NCBI RefSeq assembly: GCF_000150275.1
Contig: NW_002060947.1
Coordinates: forward strand, 1,295,199-1,359,198
Source: Trichoplax adhaerens
Taxonomy: Eukaryota; Animalia; Placozoa
Reading direction: 5' to 3'
DNA length: 64,000 nt
The position numbers were made by a program, and so were the translations under genes. The stretch's first letter is position 1, and every line of letters starts with the position of its first letter. This document shows, piece after piece, positions 53,479-64,000 of the stretch. The notes beneath the pieces were generated by a model. It was given only the letters and a program-made list of their open reading frames with translations. It searched no databases and had not been told where the DNA came from.

Positions 53479-56400
53479 CATTTGAATATACAATAATCAT
53501 GCTATAAATGCATAGATTATGGTAAAGTGATACCATACGTTATTAACGTAATTGCATGCCATACATTTTATATGAAACTTTTGACAACTTTACCAATTCA
53601 TTTGGTAACAAAATTTGCTTGCAATGTTCTTGTTTCTAATTTCCTTTTTAACAAAATATATTTAAATGAAATTTCGTATAAGTTAATTATTTCCTGTGCG
53701 ATAAAATCACAGGTATATCTAATAACTTAAGTCATTCATTGCATTTATTCATTTTATTACGAAGATAATGTAGTAGTGTATAAAAGAATAGCTAAAATGA
53801 TACTAAAATAGCGTTAGAGTGAATTCAAATACGGTAAATTTATTATTTATATTACATTTTATTGGTCGGATAAAATGTTATAAAGAGAGACGTAGAGCGT
53901 TATCACGTGCAGAAATCTTAAGCTAAAACACGAGTTATTAAGTAATTTGTTATTAATTCATCTTTATTGAAGCGATTCATTGACGTGGCAGTTTAATTTT
54001 ATCTTTTATTTTCCGTAAGATGCCATGGATTTTATTGCTAGTTAATTTATTTCAACCTATTATTTGCCAATTTAATTTACAAATCCTCAACAACTTTTAT
54101 TAACGTTACAAGTATTCCAAGGTAAATTAAGTGAAAATTATAGCATAAATTGAATGAGATGATAAATTACGTGGGAACGACTATAAAATCGATATCATCT
54201 TGACAATCGGTCACTTCAAGTTGCAATAATCGTTATTTTATGGAGGATAATAAGAAAGATTATTATTTATCATTTCATTTTCCATTTGCATTGCTAACTC
54301 AACAATTTTCACTTGCAAGAATTTTAATTGTAAGAAAATGAAAGCATTTAGTTCATTACATATCTTTAATATGGAACATAACCTATTTCAATTTTACTAT
54401 TATATCATTAATTCATTCATTCATTACTTATTTGAATAGTTGAAATTGTAGGCAATGTATGTTATGATTTGATTTTATACGTTTTATGCATTAATCGCGT
54501 TAGCTTTTGTTGAGCAAATTTTCAACTTGGATTGTTTTTGCGCTTATTTGTTTACATATTCCTTGGATATTACATTGCATTTTTTATTTCAAGAAAGAAA
54601 TGTTAGAATTACCATGAAGTTGACTTGTATTAGATTTTTCATAACAGATGAAAGTTTGATTATTCTATTATTCCATAAGATTAAAATCTAGGACTTAATT
54701 AATTGATTAAACCGTCAAGTATATAATCAAATTTATCGCCAACGTTCGGTGAACGTTGTGCATCAAATAATGATTATCAATAGGTATCGTCATGATACAA
54801 GATTAGTATTTCATTTTTCGATTAACTGACAAGCAGTCCACTTAGTCTGCTCCATTTGCAATATATTAATATATATAAATAAAGCACAAAATTCAATTTG
54901 CTTTGACTCGAATCATTTTGGTTAATGATATGCCGCTCATGTCATGATCTCCATCAAGTAGTGAGCTTATTAAAATAACAAGCGTAATCGAATTATCACT
55001 ATCGTTTAATTTCAACATTAGTTAACTTTAACTTTATTAATCCAGTGATTAAATTATACATTATGTTTATTCGATTAGTAACTATTTCATTGTATACATG
55101 CTACTCTAGGTCAGTCCTTCCAGCTGATTAATTATATAAACATTAGTCAGGCGGTTCGAAATAAAATAAATTTCCAATATTAAATCTCAATTATGCCGCT
55201 AAGCTCCAAAAATATTGGACTCTTTAATAGGCAGTTAATTGCTATGGAGAAACACTACATAGATAAATCATAACTGCTGTGTCAAGCCTAGCATAACCTC
55301 CTATTATACTGATTGAAAAATTTGAAATAACACTGCAATGATGAATCAATTTTTTAGACTAATGTAAAGTTCATTCAAAAGCCCTTAGTTTACCAGAAAA
55401 TTCAAATATAATGAATGAACTTTTAGATGACGGGTTCAACGGATTTTGAAAGTCTAAATCAGTTTAGCTATATCAGTCATTCCAACTTTACCAATTCAGT
55501 GATAATAGTGCATCCAAACTCTATTCGTTTTCATTTTAAATACAGTCTAATCCATTCAATTCACAGCTTTGTTATTCTAACTACTCATACCCGTATGACA
55601 GTGTGCTTTCAATACATTCAAACAAGAACTCGTATTTCTTGTTCAACTTTGTTAATGACATCGACCTTAATTCATCTGGCAATACCAAAGACTTTCTACC
55701 TTCAATTATCTATCTACGATTTCTATTTCCGTCAATATCATCCAAAAATAAAGACTAGTAAACACAATCTTACAATCAATCGTTTAACTTGTACTGTTTT
55801 CATAAATCTTACCATTACTATCTTAAGCTAATTTAGAGACTACGTAACTGCCATCACACCAAGGTTACAGTTAATTAAAGAGATCGTCAGTACCGCTAAG
55901 ATCTAATATAATTATTGGCCGAAGACATGATATTCTATCCACTGAAATAGGAAAATAATTTATGATTCATATCCTTGTCACGGCAATCTGCTGCGGTGAC
56001 ATACATACTATAAAATTTATAGTATAAATACGGTAGACCAGACATGGATAAAATTCCTTCCTACAATAGCCTTCAGTACTACTATGAGTAAATAATAATA
56101 AATGGTATCTAAAAGAGACCGATAATACTGCTACTGTAGTCCTACGTCATCATATGAGTATACCCTTAACATAATAATGGCGAAAAGATTTTCTTCCTAG
56201 CTCTATTGGCACGGTAGCTCAGACAGATAAAATAAATTGTTTATTAGTCAACATCTGCAGTTTACAAGAATCACCTAGCGGTGGTGTATACTTTTGGCTG
56301 TTCATTGCTCGATATCCTGTACTTCTATATAGAATTATAGAGAGTAGACATTGCATAGTAGATTTACTGTGCATATCGCAAAACTTCACTTTACCAAGTT

Positions 56401-57189
56401 GCTGATGTTGTATACTGCTGGCATAGAGACAAGGTTCGTGGATAGCGTTAATTTGTGTGCTTTATTACTTTGGTGCGCTCCTGGAAAGCATTCTATAATT
56501 ACCCAGATATTAACTGATAGCCCATCTGAGTACTATGCAGGACCTATTCTCAATCTACCGTAAAATACTTTATTACTATCAATAAATAAAGTATTCAAAA
56601 GGACTAACGGAGAGTTTGGGCGCTGTAAGACAGTGTAATATTGTATTCTAAGTTGATGATATATTTAGTAATGTCTACCGTAGGTGTTGTGTTCAACATG
56701 TGATAGATATACTCGTTAGAAGCTTAAGTATTAAATATAGCTAGCTTAGTAGCTGTAATCCTTTTGAAGAGGAGCGCTACAGTGCTCACACTAGAGCTTC
56801 ACATGAAAGGTGTAAACTAGCCTGTATTTGAGATGCTAATACTGAAGTGTGTAGTAAGTAAGGTGCTAAGACTGTAAACGCGGAAAGGTATATAAGCGAG
56901 TAGTTTAGTATAGTAAGTTAGTTCTTTCTCTTTAGAAGTCCTCAGCTAATTGATTACGTTGTATCTTCGTAAAGGAGGTTTTGTTCAATAAATCTTAATT
57001 TACTAAAGTTTTTGAAGATTCTTGATCTATCAACCTCACAGGCGCCTTGCAATAATAACCGACTACAATTCATAAAGAAGCCTTGCTGTACAGTGTACAT
57101 TAGATACCCGCATCGTTTCTCTTCAGAGCGAGCTCGACGACCAGTATTATATAATTATTAATGAGCTTTGACACAGCTTCATCATTATC

Positions 57190-58320
57190 ATCATTATGCT
57201 CGTTAACATTGCCTATGGATTATTTACAGTCTTGCACTGTCTATATTTAAGAATACTATCGGTAAGCACTTGATTTACTGACTGCTGTAGTATAACTGCA
57301 TCAGAATCACCATTGTGCTCGTTAACTTCGCCTATGGATTATTTACAGTCTTGCACTGTCTTGTAAAAGTCTATATTGAAGACACCCTTGGTAATCAATT
57401 AATCGATGACTACTGCAGCGCTACAACACCAACAACTGCAAAGAATTTTACATAACTACATCAATATTCTGCTCGTTAATATTGTCCATAAAGTGTTTAT
57501 AGTCTTGCAGTGTATTGTAAGTTACAACTTGTATTTGTTTATAATTAAGACATTATTGATTAATGCTTGTTTGACTTTTGTGGCAAAACAGCATCCACAT
57601 CACCATTGCGCTCCTTGACTATGGATTATTTACCGTCTCGTACTATTTTGTCACTGTCCATTTCCAAGACACTATTTGTGAACACTTGAATTACTTGAGT
57701 GACTAACTACTGCAGCACAACTACATCTATATTACCATCGAGCTCATTAACATCGCCAATGGATTGTTTACATTCTTGCTCTATCTTGTAACTGTCCATA
57801 TTTAAGACACCGTTGGTAAGCCCTTGATTGACTGAATACAACACCATAATAGCCTCAGCAAGTGTACAAAATCATGAACAACTGCATTAAAATGCACTCA
57901 CTAACAGCCAACAAACTGTTCACAGTCTTGCACTATGTTGTAATAGTCCAATATTCAAATCATCGTTGGTAAACACTTGATGGACTGACTTCTACAGCGT
58001 AATACTTTCAACATGTTTACAAAATCATTCAGCAACTGCATCAATATTGTGCTCGTTAACATCGCCAATTAACTGTTTACAGTCTTGTATAGTGTTATAG
58101 CTGTCCAATATTCAAAACATCGTTGGTAAATACTTGATTGACTAACTACTGTACCATAATAGCCTCAATAAATGTGCAAAATCATCACACCACTTCATCA
58201 ATATTATATTCGTTATAAACATCGCCAATGGGCTATTTACGGTCTTGCACTGTGTTGTAACTGCCTATATTCAAGTCACCGTTAGTTAACACTGGATTGA
58301 CTAACTATTGCAGCATAACA
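57190..58320. repeat. Old degenerate tandem array, ~120-160-bp unit, 8 copies, directly upstream of RPGR
   Basis: TGCTCGTTAACAT.GCC.ATGGATTATTTACAGTCTTGCACT...CGTTGGTAA.CACTTGATTGACT at about 57197, 57316, 57470, 57610, 57741, 57893, 58050 and 58206. Confidence 0.9.
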
Positions 58321-58431
58321 ACCTCCATAACAGTATCAAATGATCGTTCTTTCCATATCCTATCCGGTCACTATGGAGAGAAAGTGGCCAAAAGACAACA
58401 ACGCTCAAGCTAGTATTTTTTTGATTCTTTC

Positions 58432-58444
58432 GTTTCCTAGCAAC
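58432..58444. promoter_or_regulatory. RFX X-box in the RPGR promoter
   Basis: GTTTCCTAGCAAC about 175 bp upstream of the ATG. Weaker sites are GTCACTATGGAGAG (58367-58380) and GTTACTATGGGCAG (58831-58844, intron 1). This is the expected position for a ciliary gene. Confidence 0.65.
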
Positions 58445-58619
58445 CGCTAACAACAACGGAGAACGAAATACGCAAACGCATCAAAATTCTTCAAGTCCTT
58501 TAGCCAGATCAAAATATTCCTCTATAGCATAGATACTATAGAGTGAAAATCGTTATTAAACTACTTCCAAGTAAAGAAAACTAATATAATATTAAAAGCA
58601 GCAACAAGAGATTGAAATC

Positions 58620-61600
58620 ATGGAAGTCGACGATAACGATATCCCAGGTAATGAACAATAATAATACGAATAATCGGATCAAATCCAACCCAACCCGTCC
58701 AACAGGCAAAATGGTATCTTAAAAGATACCATCATTTTCTCTATATACAATCGAGATGATTATACTACTCTTACTTTTATCCGATAGGAGAATTACTTAT
58801 TAAATAGACACGTAGACAACGTATGCAAATGTTACTATGGGCAGTTACTAGGTTAACAAATTGTTCAGTTATAGCTCAACTCTTAGCTAGAGAAGAATCA
58901 GTGTTACCAACCGCTTGTTTAATTTATTACTATTCTAAGATGGCAACGATCGCATCTTTGAAAGCAATTAATACTGTCTTCCATATTCAAAGTTACATTT
59001 GATTTAATATACTATGCCTACTCTTCTTTCTTGCTTATTTTGCTTCTTCTCCTTATTGAATGATGACTAGAAACTGGAGCGGTTTTTACTTTTGGTAAGA
59101 GTCGATTTGGTGATAACCGAACCAATAAATTTTGGATCCGTAGCGATAAAGTAACCGATATTGCTTGTGGTGACGAACACACGGTAGTAGTTACAGGTAT
59201 GTTAGCCCAACCTATTTGAAATCGATAAACACACTATTTGCTAAATAGGCATGGAATATCCGTATTTAGAATCGGCGATGAACGATAATCAATCATGGCC
59301 ATTTGAATTGCAGTCTTTAAAAATTACAACTATCTTTGATTTTCGTCTTCATCCTATCTATACCAATCTTGACTAATTGATTAAAATAGTGAGAGGATGA
59401 TGAATAGTCATACCAAAATTTGGGGATAATACCACTCATTTACTTTTATGAAAGCAAAGATAGCGTTGTAACATTTTGAGGTGTAAATGAAATAACTTGT
59501 TCATATTGTTCAATAGAAAATGGACGACTTTTCACATTCGGTAATAATGAATGGGGACAACTAGGAATTGGTAGTAATAAAACTAGAAATAAACCAACCA
59601 CTGTCAAAGGTGTGCTCAAAAAATGAATATAATATTCATAAGGATTAAAAGCAATAGTAAATGTGATCCATTAGCAAATGTTATCGATTATTTAAGTATT
59701 ATCTTAGTGATACCATCATGACAGCGTTAATGCACTACACTAGAATAGGTTATGAAATTGAACATATACTAAAAATGAGTAATGGCCAGTATTTAATTTA
59801 TTTTGATACTTGTAAAATAGCTTTGAAACCAGAAAAAATAACTCATGTGGCCGCAGGAAGATTCCATACGTTAGCTGTTACAGGTAATGAGGTTGAACAA
59901 TCTCTTATTTTTAATTGGACTCTAAATTATTACCCATATTCCACATCATCATCAATAATATACTATTATAACAATCTGATAGAAGGATGATTAAGATTGT
60001 AATGCCTATGTCAGTATTAATGTAGACGAAAAATCATAACCGACTTAGAGATTGAAAACATTTTCTTTATTAATTTGTAATGACAATTATTATAATAAAC
60101 TTATCATTCGTCACTTTAAATTTAAACCTATTGTTTTCTCGATTATAACGAGCAAGCAAACTAACAATACTTTCGAATAGCTTATATGCTAATCTTTGTC
60201 TTTTGACCAGATTCCAATAAATTATATAGCTTTGGTCAAGGTAGTGAAGGTGCATTAGGACATGGCGATGAAACGGTAAATAACTTACTGATCTCTTGAT
60301 CTGTAATTGATAAACTAATTGAAGTATACGTAATCTATCTATTTCGATGGACTATTCTGTAGCACAGAATGAATTGTATCGCTTCAAGTTTTAAGTATAT
60401 TAGCATCAGCCTTAAATGCTCTAAATATGCACAAATATGTAAACATGAGCAAATTAATAGACTATTGTCCATGTTCTTTTCTTAACCTTCACACTTATAT
60501 ATATATATATATATATATATCCATTTAATTGGTCATCATTTAATGATACTGTATCTATAGGATCTTAATATGCCAACATCAATTGAAAGTTTAGAAGATA
60601 AAGACGTAAACATCATTGCTTGCGGCGGTTACCATTCTGCTGCCATAACAAGTGAGTAGTAGCATTCAACATGTACAATCACGATAATATCTCCTTTACT
60701 AAGATACTACCAATTCCTATACCTGGAGATGGTATCTACTTTATTTCAATCCATTTTAAAAATGGCTACAAGTTATTTCATTTCTTTTTCATTGACTTCT
60801 AGAAAATGGAGAGCTATATATTTGGGGTAGTAATAGTGAAGGTCAACTTGGCTTAAAGGTATTCTAACCTCAGCAGCATATATACGTAATATCTGTCTGA
60901 AGGATACCGTACACTTCAATCTATCATCATACATTTGGTTATCATATTGAGCATTTTTTTTAAACCATAACTTACTTACTTTTAATGTCTATAGAATGAT
61001 ACAATATCATATCCGACAATGCTGGATCTGGGTAAATCGGTGATTTCAGTTGCTTGCGGTTATTATCATACAGCCGTAGTGACAGGTTTGTTTCTAGCAA
61101 GACATATCGTACTTTTTTCGTCCATTTCTGTTACGTTGGTAGCATGTATTATTTAGGTTGTATAATCACTTATATCATACTAAGAATCACATATTGAACA
61201 GTTCAATTAATTGAAGTATCCAATTTATATTAAATACAATACCTACACTCGTTTACAGCTGATGGCAAACTTTATACATTTGGTGAAACAGAAGGTGGTA
61301 AATTAGGTTTAGGAGATATAGAAGCGCACAAAGTAACAAAGCCAAAGGTTGTTAAAGGAATATCCGGTAAAGTTGTTAAAGTTGCTTGTGGTGGAAATCA
61401 CACTGTCGCTTTAACAGGTATGCTCCACCATATCATTTTGTGATGTTGAAATCATAAGACTCGATTATAATTCAATTCTATCAAGATTATGACGTCCTTG
61501 AAGGCTGATAGTTATTAAAATTTTCTATTTAATTGATGATTATTATATAGCTTCTGGCCAAGTTTATACATTTGGATCAGGACAAAATGGCCAATTAGGG

Positions 61601-63983
61601 CTAGGCTCAAAAATAATGGATTCTAACATTCCAAAATTAGTTGAAGCATTATCTAAACGTAAAATTAAACATATAGCTTGTGGTGAAAGTCATACAGCTG
61701 TTGTATCAGGTCTGCATCAAACTGCACCATAGCATCGTTGATTTTTAGTAACTTAAAATTTCGACATTTAGTAAGCTAGTACGTGGAAGATAATCTAATG
61801 CTTTCACAAAATTGGACTCTTAATATTAGATAAAGGAGAATTATTTACTTTTGGCGATGGCCGTCACGGGAAATTGGGACAAGGAGACGAAAGCTTTTCT
61901 AATTTATTCAAGCCTGTTAAAGTCCAACGTTTAAAGGAATTTATCGTCCTTCATGTACGTAATATAGTAATATGTCGAACTTCAAACCGTATCTACTTTG
62001 TTCTGTACCGGTACCTAAAACAGAATATCTTAAAAGTAGACAAGTAAACAATTCTTTAAAATATATCACCATATTTTCTGTTCAATGCCGAAATGATCAT
62101 CTATCCTTACCGGTAGCTTTCAATGACATCTAGTAACTTTTATGCCCTTTTCTGATTTAGATCGCTTGTGGTGGATGCCATACTATTGTTGCATGCAATA
62201 AAATCGATAAATTAGCTAACGGCGATGACGATAATGAATCATCTAGTAATGATGAAGTCGATTTTGGCAAAACTAAGCTCATGTTATCAAGCGATGAATT
62301 GAATCGAACTGATGATATCCCTTTATCAGCCAGAGATCGTCATCGAAAGAAAGATAATTCGGTAAGAACATTTACCTAATAAAACCGCATTAAAAATACG
62401 CTATAAATAATAATGATGCTATAATGCTAAACTTTCGCATATAGCATCATTATTATTTGAGAAACTATAGAGTTATAAGGCATATGTCTTAGTAAATATC
62501 CCTAGTATGACAGTGTATTATTACCGGTATTTTACAATATAGTATGATAGGTAAATACTACGTAAGTGAGATGGGAATTATATGAGTTTTACCAAGTTAC
62601 AACCAAGTGATGGAACTATGAAAAATATATTTATAAATTGAATTATAATAGTTAATCGCCTTTGCTGCATGCATATAAAGTGCGAACAAAAATAGTAAAT
62701 AAATATTTAATTATCAACGTAATTTAGAGTCCAAAATAAATACTGTACTACTGTACGGAAATAAATTAATAATCCTTGACACCTAATTTTGAATAAATGA
62801 TTTACTTTATCCTTATGGGGAAAATTATAAACTATCTTTATACTTATACATTAGCGGCGGATTACTAATTAGTATCGGATAGAATTAGACCATATTAATG
62901 ACAATTGCGATCCAAACGAACATTTTCTGTCTGAATCTGATTTATTGAATAGAACAGGATATAGTATATCGTTTTATTGTACAAAATTTGTGTTAAATTT
63001 AATAATTAAATTAATCCTATTCGTAGCCACTAAATAAAACTCTACCACAAATTGGAAAGCGACAATTAGCACCGTTGAGAGGCAAAGGACTACAAAATGA
63101 GGGTAAGAAAATTATATTTTATTCGATAATTGTGCCAGTTACAATATTCATTGTTATAAAACCATTGTTATATATAGAAGACGGATTATTTAGTGCACAA
63201 AAACGATTAGGAAAATTAAAACTGCAAGACAGTGATAGCGAAGAAGATGACTATCGCAACAAAAAGGCTTCGAAGAAGCACATTAGCAAAAGCAGGAAGG
63301 ATGAAGACAATGAAAGTGAAGATGAAGAAGAAAGTAGATTTAGCCGTAAAAAAGATAAGAAAATGCTTGCTAGTAAAGACTTCAAGAGAAGTAAGCAGCT
63401 GCGAAAAGAAGAATCATCAGATGAAGAGGAAGAAGAGGATCAGTCTGAAGATGAACGATCTAATAGAAAAAGAATACAATCTAAGAAAGTAAATAAAAGA
63501 GCGAGCAGTGATGATGACGATGATGACGATGATGACGATGATGATGACGATGATGATGACGACGAGGATGATGACAACAAGCCAAAATCTAAAAAAGAAC
63601 TGGAAAAGCGTAAAAACCGTAAAGACGACGATGATGACGATGATGACGATGATGACGATGATGATGACGACGAGGATGATGACAACAAGCCAAAATCTAA
63701 GTTAAAATCTAAAAAAGAACTGGAAAAGCGTAAAATCCGTAAAGATGACGATGATGATGATGACAACGACGATGATGATGACGATGATGATAGCGATGAT
63801 ACATCAAGGAAAAATACAAAGAAAGCAAAAAATGTTAAAGGGAAGCGTAAAGATGAAGATGATGAAGACAATGACGACGAAGAAGATAGCGAAGATGAGG
63901 ATGAAAAGCCCAAGAATAGCAAGAAAGTAGTCAAGAAAAAAGAATTAAGGGATGATTCAGAAGAAGAGTCTGAAAGTGATATT
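58620..63983 (+). CDS. RPGR: Retinitis pigmentosa GTPase regulator orthologue (RCC1-like propeller plus acidic/basic low-complexity region); 3'-partial
   Basis: Exons: 58620-58647, 59071-59196, 59517-59609, 59821-59883, 60211-60275, 60561-60651, 60803-60858, 60995-61085, 61259-61417, 61551-61709, 61830-61954, 62161-62361, 63027-63102, 63178-63983, followed by a GTAAGT donor. The translation MEVDDNDIPETGAVFTFGKSRFGDNRTNKFW..ACGDEHTVVVT..WGQLGIG..KPTTVKALKPEK..NSEGQLGLK..CGYYHTAVVT..FGDGRHGKLG..ACGGCH..LSARDRHR..KTLPQI is colinear with human RPGR. Confidence 0.96.
60496..60520. repeat. (TA)n microsatellite in an RPGR intron
   Basis: Direct reading of the sequence. Confidence 0.9.
63508..63800 (+). 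repeat. Coding (GAT/GAC)n tracts in a duplicated poly-Asp/basic module
   Basis: Three poly-Asp runs separated by two copies of NKPKS(KLKS)KKELEKRK(N/I)RK. Confidence 0.95.
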
Positions 63984-64000
63984 GTAAGTAGTTTTCACAC

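Noticed and set aside
55427-55831. 134-aa ORF between PDE10 and RPGR
   Set aside because: Composition typical of AT-rich non-coding DNA, with no motif or splice support.
63440-63934. 164-aa poly-Ser ORF on the minus strand and Met/Thr-rich plus-strand ORFs
   Set aside because: These are shadow frames of the RPGR poly-Asp exon.

Overview
This is AT-rich, intron-dense animal genomic DNA, not prokaryotic. Short GT-AG introns and intron positions shared with vertebrate genes suggest an early-branching compact-genome animal such as the placozoan Trichoplax (inference only). Three genes are supported. (1) One exon of an ionotropic glutamate receptor N-terminal domain on the minus strand (292-459), running off the left edge. 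(2) A PDE10-type GAF-GAF cyclic nucleotide phosphodiesterase on the plus strand: 27 phase-consistent exons at 44474-53381, plus a probable first exon far upstream at 26042-26222, giving about 886 aa. (3) An RPGR orthologue on the plus strand from 58620, running off the right edge and containing an 806-nt Asp/Lys-rich exon reminiscent of ORF15. The most unusual structure is a ~24 kb compositionally distinct domain (~23-47.4 kb) packed with more than a dozen unrelated tandem arrays, some carrying hairpins. It appears to be mostly a giant (~18 kb) first intron plus a 2.8 kb second intron of PDE10. The second intron ends in a cluster of a perfect CRE, a near-perfect RFX X-box and a CRE variant, just upstream of a micro-exon ending in ATG; this could be a cAMP-inducible ciliary promoter. 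RPGR also has a promoter X-box. A probable solo LTR lies at 2552-3205. Most ORF-track entries are spurious or are exon fragments. All alignments were made by eye, and vertebrate sequences were recalled from memory.
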